Source of the DNA: Fistulifera solaris
Lineage: Eukaryota
NCBI GenBank assembly: GCA_030295235.1
Contig: AP026138.1
Coordinates: 434,001-498,000 of the forward strand
Reading direction: 5' to 3'
DNA: 64,000 nucleotides
Shown here: piece by piece, positions 24,563 to 35,445 of the stretch
How positions within the stretch are numbered: the first letter of the stretch is position 1
Layout: every line of letters starts with the position of its first letter
Made by a program: the position numbers and the translations under genes
The notes under the pieces: generated by a model
The model's input: the letters and a program-made list of their open reading frames with translations, nothing else
The model's database searches: none
What the model was told of the DNA's origin: nothing

Positions 24563-25220
24563 CTAACGCTGTGTACCCGCACGCTTACCCGCACCACCCA
24601 TGTGCTTGGGCACTTTTTGGAATGTGTGCGGCTTGGCTACCTTACCCTTGGCACCACCCGACTTGGCCTTGTTCGCGGCCTTTCGGTCCTTCAATTCTTT
24701 AATGGCGGCTTCCTTGGCATCCTTTCGGATTTCGGACTTTTGTGCGGCCTTCTTTTTAATGTCTTCCAGCGAAGCACCCACTACTGCTCGCTGCACTTTG
24801 CCGACACGGCGTGTGCGCTTTTTCGAGGCGGTTTCGGAAATGCCCTTCTTGTGCAAACGGCGCCAGGCTTGGGTCCATACCAACTTGGCCGCCTTCTTGC
24901 GCTGTACGGTCAAGCCGTACGCCTTGGAGGTACCCAACCAGATGGGTCGGCCGTCACGACGGATCATGAGCTTGCCATTTCCGGGATAAATTCTGTACTC
25001 CGAAAGAGCACACAGTTCGGCTGTTAATTAATAGTAAAATCATGGTAGAGGCAGTGTGAGAGGAAATCATTCATATTCAATTTCAATCACAAAAAAAATA
25101 CAAGAGGGACGGGAAAAATTCGATCCGCAACGTGTCGCTTCCCCGCCTCAGCGTACAGCCAGCCTTTCTACAGTTGAATTTTTTTAACGAAATATTATTC
25201 AACTCACTATTGATGACCAT
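24563..25220 (-). CDS. RPL24: 60S ribosomal protein L24 (eL24)
   Basis: 13-nt exon 1 (25208-25220) and intron 25021-25207 give MVINTELCALSEYRIYPG...WTQAWRRLHKKG...QRAVVGASL. Confidence 0.95.
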
Positions 25221-25550
25221 CTTGACTCTATTTGTCGCTCTTGCAATAAAAAAAAGACACGAGCAAGGACAACGATGTGTTGGTGCTGCTGTTGCAAACG
25301 TCTTCGCGTACAATCGGTACGCAGAAAATGTCCCTGGGACCGAAAAGTAAAGAGAAAAGAGGTAAACTATTGACTCCAGTGAGGTTCGGGATAAATCATG
25401 GATCTTGTTACGGAGTATAAAAATTCAATAAATCGTACCGGTAATACAAACGTTAGGGACAAGAACAGAGTATTTTCTCAAGCCAAGATACGAATCCGTA
25501 ATCACTATAGTCTACCTTCGGTCATTTTTTAGCAATGGCAATGAAGGGTA

Positions 25551-25931
25551 GCTATTTAGCATCATTACAAATGATTGCGTCAATGGATTCAGCGAAAAGG
25601 TTGCCACACCTCTCTCATCGATATTCACTATAGACCTAAAATGTTGTCCGTTTTCGCCACGACTGCATCTCAGTCATGAGTCCTTATTTTCTCATGCCGA
25701 ATTACGAATCTATAATCAATACATACTGTCCTTGTTCTAGTATCGCCAACTAAAAAAGCTATTTAGCATCCTTACAAATGATTGCCCCAATGGCTTTCAG
25801 CAAAATGTTGCCATACCGGTCTCTTCGATATCACTATAGACCTAAAATGTTGTCCGTTTTCCGTCACGACTGCATCTCCTAGAAAAAATACGGCTACGCC
25901 CGTATTTTTCTAGACATCTCAGTCATGAGTC
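25551..25931 (+). repeat. Dispersed repeat family, direct pair; the second copy carries a 36-bp palindromic insertion
   Basis: About 130 bp (GCTATTTAGCATC...CTATAGACCTAAAATGTTGTCCGTTTTC...GACTGCATCTCAGTCATGAGTC) at 25551-25682 and again at ~25758-25931. Confidence 0.85.
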
Positions 25932-25984
25932 AGAGGGTACAGGTACCTAGTTTGCTAATAGGTTAACACCATTCATTTTACTTC

Positions 25985-27939
25985 TTACGCCTCTACTTCT
26001 ACTACTTGCATAGGCTCAGCGGCAATGGCATCACCGATACCACTTTTGTCTTCCTCCGCAATGACTTCCGCACGCCGACGGGCGTTCCAATTCAACAACT
26101 TATTCAGAGCCGACACGTAAGCGCGTGCCGAAGAGGTCATAATGTCAGTATCCGATCCCGAGCCGGAGAATTTCAAGTTACGATTTCCTAGCTGCGAGTG
26201 AATGGATTGCGTATCATTCGGACCGCCAGCTTTGGGTGCAATTGTTACCCGGGTGGTGGCCAATGCCTCAATGCCTTCGGTCACAGAGTTCAATTGGTAC
26301 GATTCCAGAACGACAGAAACACCCATAATTTGGTCAATGGCTTTGTATGCTGCATCGACTGGACCCGTACCGGTCGAAGCCACAAATCGTTCCATACCGT
26401 CCGGTCCTCTCATCTTGACTGTGGCAGTGGGAATACCCGAAATACCGGTCGATACTTGCAATCCCGTAACTTCCCACAGAATATCACTTCGTCCCATTTG
26501 GTCCGATACCAGCGCCTCCAAGTCGTCATCTTCCAATCCACCCTTCTTTCGTTCCGCGACTTGCTTAAACCGAGTAAAGATGGCATTCAACTTGTCCGCA
26601 TCCAAATCATAGCCCAGTTCGCGAAGACGTGTTCCGACGGCATTGCGTCCCGAGTGTTTGCCCAAAACAATGCCCGCTCCCGATTGCGAATCACCGCGCA
26701 TAAGACCGATGCTTTCCGGTGTCATGATTTCGTACGTGCTCTTGTTCTTGATCATACCGTCTTGATGGATACCGGATTCGTGCTGAAAGGCGTTGGCCCC
26801 GACAATGGCTTTGTGGGGTTGACACGCCATGCCGGTGTATTCCGCTACCATTTTCGAGGCCGGAGTAATGTACACGGAATTGATGGCCGTGTACAGTTTG
26901 CCCGTGCCGGGTCCACCCTGAAATTTCGTGGCTCCTTTCAACGCCAAGGCCATGACGACTTCTTCCAACGACGCGTTGCCGGCACGTTCACCAATACCGT
27001 TGATGGTGCATTCCAATTGTCGTGCACCATTCAAGGCACCCGCCAATGAGTTGGCCGTGGCCAAACCGAGATCATTCTGACAATGAGTCGAAAAGACTAC
27101 ATTCTCGGCGCCCTGGACATTTTCACGCAAATTCTTGATGAGTTCTCCAAACTCCCAAGGCATGTTCCAGCCGGTCGTATCGGGAATATTCAACGTGGTC
27201 GCCCCCGCTTGAATGACTTCCGAGAGAATGCGGTACAAAAATTCCGGATCGGACCGTCCCGCATCTTCGGGTGAGAATTCAATGTCATTGCAGCCCAAGC
27301 TTTTGGCGAATTTGACCGCATTGACGGCAATTTCCACGACTTCGTCGGGTGTTTTGTTCAACTTGGCTTCCATGTGAATGGGACTGGTCGCAATGAAGGT
27401 GTGCACCCGGGGCAATTTGGCCCCCTTGACGGCATTCCAGGCGGTTTCAATGTCTTTGGGGTTGGCCCTCGACAAGCCGCAAATGACCGGAACGTATCCA
27501 TCATCGAATACTTCATTGCCAACAATGTCCGCGATTTGTTTGACGGCATTGAAATCATCCGGAGAAGCAATGGGGAAACCGGCTTCAATAATGTCGACTC
27601 CCAATTGTGCCAATTTGCGAGCAATGTCGAGTTTTTCGGACGAAGTCAAAGTAGCCCCGGGACTCTGTTCGCCGTCGCGCAACGTAGTATCAAAGATGCG
27701 AACGTAATCGGGATCCGATATTTTCCAGGCACGTAGGGAGGTCGCGGTCGTCGTTCCAAGAGGAAGGGTTGTGTTTCCTCGATGGCTTTGGAGGAGGCCA
27801 GGGAGGTTCCTACCGAAAACTGTGTCACACGGCTGGTGAAAGTCGAGCGACTTTGCAGAGCCGAGGGAGTAAATGCCGTGACTGTTTGAGGTGCGAGCCA
27901 CAGAGAAGTAACTACGGCTGCAGAGAGAATCAATTTCAT
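25985..27939 (-). CDS. leuA: 2-isopropylmalate synthase, plastid-targeted
   Basis: [29 protein letters not shown] and HESGIHQDG motifs, plus the regulatory domain (GPVDA). The signal peptide with TA-FTP lies in ORF 27646..27939, joined by a frameshift near 27770. Confidence 0.95.
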
Positions 27940-28467
27940 GATGGTTGTTGGGTGTCGTTCTCAGAAATGGTAATCAAAAGCGCCTTATTTTTTCAAAGTG
28001 AAATTTTTGTCACGTGTAGCAAAGGATGCCCGCCCTTCGTTACGTATCAGATAAACTGGACTTTCCTCGCTTAAGAAAACAAACAAACTGGTTCGTTTGC
28101 AAAGAATGAATGCTATAATATTTCAGCCTCGTCGCGTTTGTTATCGTTGTCGTTGTTGTTGTGGTCTTTTTTCGCGTCGAGGGGGGAGGTGCGCGCATTT
28201 CCGCGCGGAGAGCTCTCACCTCTCACTTCAAGGAGAGCGGGTCTGGCCGCTTCGGAACCATCCAATTTGTGGGCGGCGGTCAGACGCACGTATGTTTCAA
28301 CCAGTCACGAGTGTCTCATTCAATATTCAATCATCGCGACGCGCAGTTTTGACACTCGCACACTCGCAACGACATTATTTTGCTATAGTCTATTTCATTC
28401 CTTGTGATTGATTACGCACTAAAAAAGTAGATTCTATCCACAATAAAAACACAATCTATAGAACAGA

Positions 28468-29172
28468 ATGAAACCGCCGGTAGCACTTATCATTCTTACA
28501 ATAGGTTGGGGATCCGTCTCCTCCTTTTCCCCGGTCATTCCGATCACATCGAGGAAGGATGATGTCCATCATCGGATTCCTTCGACTACTCCTACCACGC
28601 ACCAACTGACACGACAACGTCCTCGCTTACAATTACTACTGGACGTTCCCGATAATTTCTTTGCGATCACATTCTTTGGATTAGGTCTCTTGCTCAATAT
28701 TTCGAAAAATTTTGCCCGCGTCCGCATGGAAGAACGGGCGTGGGAACAACGTCTGGAAGAAGCGCGAATGGAACGACTGAAACAAGATCCGACCTTGACC
28801 GAACTCGATTTGCGTCGCAAGGAAGCGGCGGTGGAATGGAGTGCGTACGGAACGCCTCGTCTCGAAGAAGAAGAGCGTCGTCGGCGTCGTGTGCAAGTAA
28901 TGGATCGTGTTCAAGAAGAATCCTCCAGTCGTCGAGTCGGAAAAATGAGTCAAGACGAAATTGAAGCATTTGAATTTGAGTATGGTGTGGAATACGATCC
29001 CTATTACGATGATCCGTACACGGAAGACGATCTGCCCGCTGGCAAATTCTCCGTCGACAAACTGTACGGTGACCGAGTGTACGAAAATGGAGAAATCTTC
29101 TACAAGGATGCTCAAAGTGGAATGTTCTATCGACAGGGATGCAAGCCAAGGAATCTCAGCTTTTGGGGCTGA
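28468..29172 (+). CDS. Putative plastid-targeted protein of unknown function (one TM, acidic YDPYYDDPY region)
   Basis: 234-aa ORF with a signal peptide ending VSS-FSP. Confidence 0.75.
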   Translation: MKPPVALIILTIGWGSVSSFSPVIPITSRKDDVHHRIPSTTPTTHQLTRQRPRLQLLLDVPDNFFAITFFGLGLLLNISKNFARVRMEERAWEQRLEEARMERLKQDPTLTELDLRRKEAAVEWSAYGTPRLEEEERRRRRVQVMDRVQEESSSRRVGKMSQDEIEAFEFEYGVEYDPYYDDPYTEDDLPAGKFSVDKLYGDRVYENGEIFYKDAQSGMFYRQGCKPRNLSFWG

Positions 29173-29630
29173 TATCAGTCTTCGATTGGATCTACGAGAA
29201 TAGGTATGCCTATTGGAAGCTTAGTAATTGTCGTTGACAAAGTACCACAGTTTCAAGAAAGAATTACAAGTGATGATGCACGTCTTGAAATTGTGTTAAT
29301 TTCCAGCTAGAATAATACGGAATGATAATAAAGGGGACTGTCACTAATCCCTGTCTCACTTGAAGACGTTGTAATAAGTGCAATTGCTACCAATGGGTTG
29401 TTTTCATCTTAAATATACGTACAACGATCATGAGCTAAATGCGGGGAGAGATTCAATTGAGGTAATCTATGGCCAGAAGACGTGTCCATGCTCGTTGTTA
29501 AGCAAGAGGAACAGAAGAGAATTTCTTCACGGTACAAGTACAAGTAGCTGGTTAACGTTTTTCTTCACTTGTGCCACCTTTTGAGCGTGTAAGCTTTTTA
29601 ACGTACTCAGATAATCTGTAGTGATGTGAT

Positions 29631-29820
29631 TCTGAAATGCAGTCGTGGCGAGATATGGACAACACTGGCTCTTCGACGTAATAAAAAGGAGTGTATTTCA
29701 AACACTGCTAAAATCTAATTCATTTCTACAACGATAAGTGGAGCTCAAGATGTTTTGCTGAACGAACGAATATCGACAGAAATTTGATTCATGATTCATG
29801 ACTGAATCGTAGTCGTGGAT
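29631..29820 (-). repeat. Dispersed repeat family, two cores
   Basis: CTGAAATGCAGTCGTGGCG...GGACAACAC at 29632-29665 and TTGATTCATGATTCATGACTGAATCGTAGTCGTGG at 29784-29818. Confidence 0.7.
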
Positions 29821-30057
29821 ACGTGGATAGTACATCCTTTTTTCGAGGCAGACGGAAATTCTGTCGTTGTTTCGTGTCAAAATCTTCGGAAGTGCGGTAT
29901 GTTCAAATACCCAGAAAATCTGGGAGTGAGGTGTTTTCACACATCCCCAGAAAATCTGGGTGACCGATTATCCGATGATCGATGCTTCAATGAAAAATTC
30001 ACATCTCTGCATTTTTATTCATTCGATTCAAATTGACAGGCCAGATAGATCCATGCG

Positions 30058-31047
30058 ATGATGCGCTTCCTCTTATTTCTTTTACTGATTCCTCATGGAC
30101 ACGGATTTCGATCCTCCTGGAAGTTGCCATCGCCAGTTCCTCACGTAACGCCGCTCGCACAAAGTTCCATTTCCAACGTCCCCAATAGTACATCCGTACA
30201 ACAAACATCATCACTTCTTCAACCTGTGCTCCTCCAACGATCTTCGACCGCGGCATTGTCGTGTATGGTGACGTGGGCGACCATTCAATATACGGGATGG
30301 TCCATCGTACGCGCTTCCAGTGTCGTCGGCATGATATCTGCACTCGCAATGTCACCATCGTTCGCGGCAGCGTCCTTGTGTGGATCATTTGCGGGAATGT
30401 CGGCGCACATTGCCACTTCGCAGCAAGCCGCTCTTCTAGGTCTCGCGTGTGGTCTCGTTCTGTATGTGTGGGATGCCCAACAATTCCAAATGGGGAAAGG
30501 TGGTCGACTGGGGACCATTGCTTATGCGGGGAATCTGATGTATTATTCCCTTCGTCACGGAGGACCGAGTCCTGTAGTGAAGGCTTTGTTTCATACTTTG
30601 ACTCCCGTGACAGCATCGACGGTCGCGGTGGCCAGTCTCGTCTCTTTCGCATCGAAACGTCCGAGCCAGTTGCTGCACCAAGCAGCGAAAGCTATCCTTT
30701 GGAGTTCCTTGTTTCATCGACTTTTGGTTCGAGGTGTCTCTCTTTCACAATGGGGCCTTTCCTCCGCCTGCATATTCGTGGCGAGCTTCTTGGTCCGGAC
30801 GGCCACACCCTGGAAAGGCGTGGTTTTGGCTACCTCCCTAGTGGGGTTTTTGGGATCCTTCACGCCCTGGGCGGCGGCGGTTTACTTGGGTGCCTTTATA
30901 GGGATGACCGGACGCGCCAATTTCAAGTTACGCAACTTGTTGGAAGCGACATTGCTTTCTTCAATTCTATTGGAGCTCGGATTACTTCCTGGGTTCGGTG
31001 GTCGATTGGGGTTCTTGGCTTTTTTGGGAGTCAGTTTCGGCTTATGA
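30058..31047 (+). CDS. Multi-pass membrane protein with internal duplication and probable plastid presequence
   Basis: Very hydrophobic. Paired motifs CGSFAGMS/LGAFIGMT and GKGGRLGTIA/GFGGRLGFLA. Signal peptide ending GHG-F. Confidence 0.7.
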   Translation: MMRFLLFLLLIPHGHGFRSSWKLPSPVPHVTPLAQSSISNVPNSTSVQQTSSLLQPVLLQRSSTAALSCMVTWATIQYTGWSIVRASSVVGMISALAMSPSFAAASLCGSFAGMSAHIATSQQAALLGLACGLVLYVWDAQQFQMGKGGRLGTIAYAGNLMYYSLRHGGPSPVVKALFHTLTPVTASTVAVASLVSFASKRPSQLLHQAAKAILWSSLFHRLLVRGVSLSQWGLSSACIFVASFLVRTATPWKGVVLATSLVGFLGSFTPWAAAVYLGAFIGMTGRANFKLRNLLEATLLSSILLELGLLPGFGGRLGFLAFLGVSFGL

Positions 31048-31189
31048 GTTAATAACAGTCGGCATCTCTAGTCCTGTTGGAATGATCCGCATGGAAACAT
31101 TTTTCATGAAAATGACATTTCTTCATCAACTAATTTCTATGACAGTAATTAATGTGCATTACAAGGGTTTACAGAGACTCCGTATTTTT

Positions 31190-32771
31190 TTACTTCTTTT
31201 CAAATTGTACCGGTCCGGTACGAGGCGCCACACCGGTCACTCCACCTTCAGCACCGGCAAACCCTTGGTCGGGCTTGAATTTTGCCGTCGCCCCCTGCAC
31301 CAACTTCGCGTACTGTTCATCGGCATCTCCCGGACCGCCTCGCGTGGGTCGATAAATCGAGGAAGCCACTGCCTGTCGTTCAAACAAAGGTTTCGAGTAG
31401 GCATTGTATTCGTCTTCGGCCCCAAAGCCCGAATCCATTCCGGCCGTTTGATCGTACAAGCGTGCATCGACTTCATTGGCCTGCGACACCCCCGTCGCCA
31501 CTCCCAACGCAATCTTTTCCGAAACGTCCCGTTCCGCTTCCAGTTTCTGCTTCTTCACCCGCTGTTCATTCCGCAAATCACGTTCTCGTTCTTTACGACG
31601 CTCTTGACGCAATCGTTCTCGTTGTTGTGCCGCAACCGCATCTTCGTCATCGTCCGAGCGACTATCGTCATCCGCGCGATCGTCTTCGGGTACCGGAACG
31701 CCACTGCGTTCCATCCGCGCCTGCTGTGCCAATTGCCGCAGCTCTTGTTCGCGTTCTTCTTTTTGTTGCAACGCCAATTTCTTTTGAATCGTCGCCCGCA
31801 ATCGGACTTCTTGTCGGGCTTGTCGTTCGGCCACATACAGCGACTCCGACAAAGTCGCAAAATTGGGATTGACGGTCAAAGTTTCCCGCGCATGCCGACC
31901 ATCGGCCGCCAATCGCTTGTCGAGTGGAATCGTGTATCCGCGCATATTCTTCCAATTCGAAATGCAACTGGGAACATTCCAGGCGTCTCGTTCTTCTTTC
32001 GTTAACTTTGTGGTGGAAGGCGCGTGCAAGACGGGAACGGGATCTTCTGCCGGTCCTCGAGGTGCTTTGATGAATTTGTGCTTCGGTGGTTGTAAGGGAT
32101 CGACTTGGGCCGGGGCCATTTGAATGATGCGTTGTGACGCCGCTGGATTGTATCCGGGTGCGTCGGGTCGTGGTGTGTATTGAATGAATTGTGTTTCTTC
32201 TTTTTTCTGCGCAGGTTCCAAGAGTGCCTGCAACGCATTCTGCGTGCGTGCGGCTTCGGCTTGTTCTTCTTCCGGTGTCGGTAACGCAATGTCTTCGGGT
32301 TTCGGGGGTCCTCCTTTCAAATCAGAATGGCGTGAATAGACAATTTGATCTTGATTGGTGCCTCGTTTCACAATGGCATCGTACGATATTGCACCGTCTT
32401 TATCGACTTGTACATTGACAATCGCACGTTGTGCTGTCGAATGTGTTGAATGATTCGTACTTTCGTTCGCTGTTGGTTGTTGTTTCTGTAAGTGCGGATT
32501 CCCCATATGCCGCGGATATTGCGCGACATGAATTTCGGAAACGCTCCTCCGTCTCCAAAGTCGGCAATGGAGCGTGGAACGAAGAGGGTGGGCGTTCGGC
32601 GGCGGTCAATTTGGCAGCGGCCGTCGCCGCACGACAGCGTTCTTCGTAATGAGGCGGTTGTTGTTGTGGAGGTTTCGTGGTATTAGAAGGTTTTGTCGTG
32701 GAAGTAGTAGGACGCTCGGGATTGTTGAGTGCAAGCGCTTTTCGCGGAGGAGGTAATGATAGCGATGTCAT
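31190..32771 (-). CDS. SNW1: SNW domain splicing factor SKIP/Prp45
   Basis: SNWKN motif, DPLQPPKHK, PVLH, GYTIPLDKRLAADG, RDVSEKIALG and GPVQFE. The N-terminus (MTSLSLPPP, ...MGNP) is split by frameshifts near 32520-32580. Confidence 0.93.
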
Positions 32772-33341
32772 GGTAGTATTTAACTATGTTAAAATATAAT
32801 AAATGGATGTATGTTGCGTAAATAATTATTGTTCGTGCAATGAAGTCTTCTAATCATGGTTTGTTTATTCGACGTGAATGGAAAATGGAAGTGCCCCCAA
32901 TTCGAGCGACGAACGTACGGACCGGTACCAGGTACATACTGTAACTGTTACTGTATTTTTGACACGGTTTTGTCTCTTCTAGTCTAAGTCTAGAGTCTCC
33001 TAGACTAGTCTAATGTAGTTCTTTTTTACGGAGTATAATATAAAAAATAAAAGAGCAAAATACGACCGTTACAAAATTCACAACAAAATGTGAGTGATTA
33101 TCAAACGCTACGTAACTCCTCTATAAAGTGCTGCTTCTATTAAAAATTAACAGGAAATAGACCACAAACCACAAGTGACATTAAAAAAGATGTTTGACGG
33201 TTGATTGTGCTGTGGCCGCTGTGAAAGAGAGAAAACGAAGCAGAAACACCTGTTGATTAATTTCATTTAGTAAAGTAGGACGAACAAAGGATGGCGATGA
33301 AGTCGACATTGCTTTGTTGTGATGTCAAAGGCGACATTTTG

Positions 33342-34718
33342 AAGTAGTTCAGCATCATCATTGTTGCAACTTTAGTTACCCGTAGTAATAATTATATATT
33401 CGCAGTTGAATGACAATGGACGGATGCGAGAGACGCAAAACGGAACCCGTTGTTGTTCGGTTCATGACTCATGATTAATGTACAATCCAGTCTTGGCTGG
33501 CGTAAACCAACACAATGTTAGATAGTGGAAATTCAAGGTGTCGATCCTCAGATTTTCGACGTTAAAATAAAAGAGACTCTTAACAAGTAGTTTGAAAGCA
33601 TCATTGTTATGACTTCATCTACCCGTAATAATAATAATAATAATAATACTCGCAGTCATATGACAATGGACGGATGCGAGAGACGCAAAACGGAACCCTT
33701 GGTTGTTCGGTTCATGACTACTGTACAATCCAGTCTTGGCTGGCGTAAACCAACACAATGTTAGATAGTGGAAATTCAAGGTGTCGATCCTCAGATTTTC
33801 GACGTTAAAATAAAAGAAACACTTAACAAGTAGTTCAGAATCGTCATTGTTGTGACTTTATCTACCCGTAATAATACTAATACTCGCAGTTATATGACAA
33901 TGGACGGATGCGAGAGACGCAAAACGGAACCCTTTGTTGTTCGGTTCATGACTCATGACTACTGTACAATCCAGTCTGGGCTGGCGCAAACCAACACTCC
34001 GTTTGATAGTGGAAATTCGAGGAGTCGATCCTCGGATTTTCGACGTGAAAATAAAAGAAACTATTGACAAGTAGTCTGAAATCATCATTGTTGCGACTTT
34101 ATTTACCCAAAGTTATAATTATATATTTGCAGTTGAATGACAATGGACGGATGCGAGAGACGCAAAACGGAACCCTTTGTTGTTCGGTTCATGACTAGTC
34201 TTGGCTGGCGTAAACCAACACAATGTTAGATAGTGGAAATTCAAGGTGTCGATCCTCAGATTTTCGACGTTAAAATAAAAGAAACACTTAACAAGTAGTT
34301 CAGAATCGTCATTGTTGTGACTTTATCTACCCGTAATAATACTAATACTCGCAGTTATATGACAATGGACGGATGCGAGAGACGCAAAACGGAACCCTTT
34401 GTTGTTCGGTTCATGACTCATGACTACTGTACAATCCAGTCTTGGCTGGCGCAAACCAACACTCCGTTTGATAGTGGAAATTCGAGGAGTCGATCCTCGG
34501 ATTTTCGACGTGAAAATAAAAGAAACTATTGACAAGTAGTCTGAAATCATCATTGTTGCGACTTTATTTACCCGTAGTTATAAAATTACATTTGCAGTTG
34601 AATGACAAAGGGTTCCGTTTTGCGTGTGTTCGGTGTTCGGTTCATGACTACTGTACAATTCAGTCTTGGCTGGCGTAAACGAACACTCCGTTTGATAGTG
34701 GAAATTCAAGGTGTCGAT
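33342..34718. repeat. Tandem array of six ~224-243-bp units with a 465-bp higher-order period
   Basis: Units start with AAGTAG at 33342, 33585, 33828, 34069, 34293 and 34534. Units 3 and 5 are nearly identical, as shown by near-identical ORFs 465 bp apart. Confidence 0.95.
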
Positions 34719-34950
34719 GAAAAAGTCTCTCTAGACCTACCAGTAGGTTGCGATCGGCGGTACGACAATTTGTAACAGCGGGCACGATAAGTGCATACTT
34801 GTACCGCGGTACAGTACAAGTACGATGATTTTTTTATTGCAACGCAACGCCAAAAATAAAGGCGCATTCTTCTTTTTCTTTTCAATACTATTATCCAAGT
34901 TTCGATTGCTCTACCTCTAAGTCAAGTCTTTTCTTGTCATTATCACTAGT

Positions 34951-35349
34951 ATGATTAGCGGCCGCTGGTTTCTTTCGCTCATTACTGTTACAGTCGGAAT
35001 CATTATTGCGTGTTCTTCAATTCGTCAACAAGGCGTTCAATACGTAAGTCAGTCGTTCTTATAACGAACAAATTTATCTCTCACCTCTTCAAAGAACGAA
35101 GCCAAGATGGTTCCGATGCCACCCGTGGGAGGAACGGAACGTACCATGAATGCTCAAGGTCCGTGGCCGGCCTGTGTCGGAATGGAAGGAGAAGCTTGTC
35201 TCCAGATGATTCAAGCCGCGTCTCCCGATTTGCAAGACCTACAGATTGTTTCGGAAGATGCTTTCATGACGATGGATTATCGGACCGATCGGGTTCGGAT
35301 TATGGTGAACGCTCAAGGATTCGTTACGCACATTCCGAGTCGGGGTTGA
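34951..35349 (+). CDS. Potato inhibitor I family serine-protease inhibitor with N-terminal signal/anchor
   Basis: Exon 34951-35043, intron 35044-35094. WPACVG, MTMDYRTDRVRIMV and IPSRG match the family pattern WPELVG...VTMDYRxDRVRL...P.IG. Confidence 0.8.
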
Positions 35350-35445
35350 ATGGGCCGCTGAAAGATTATACGGAGTATAGTAATTTTATAATAGCATTGT
35401 TTCACAATTAATTCAAAGAAACTCTTTTTCTTTAATTCTGTCGCA

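Noticed and set aside
26198..27049. Long antisense ORFs (also 30998..32005, 36227..36892, 53821..54447)
   Set aside because: They are shadows of well-supported genes on the opposite strand and have no recognisable motifs.
33440..33475. tRNA/SINE B-box in the array unit (GGTTCATGACTC)
   Set aside because: It does not match GGTTCGANNCC, and no A-box or cloverleaf was seen.
33852..34553. Duplicated 71-aa and 76-aa ORFs in the array
   Set aside because: By-products of the repeat. Other units break these frames with indels and stops.
33342..34718. CRISPR array
   Set aside because: Whole ~240-bp units repeat with no unique spacers, there are no cas genes, and the context is eukaryotic.
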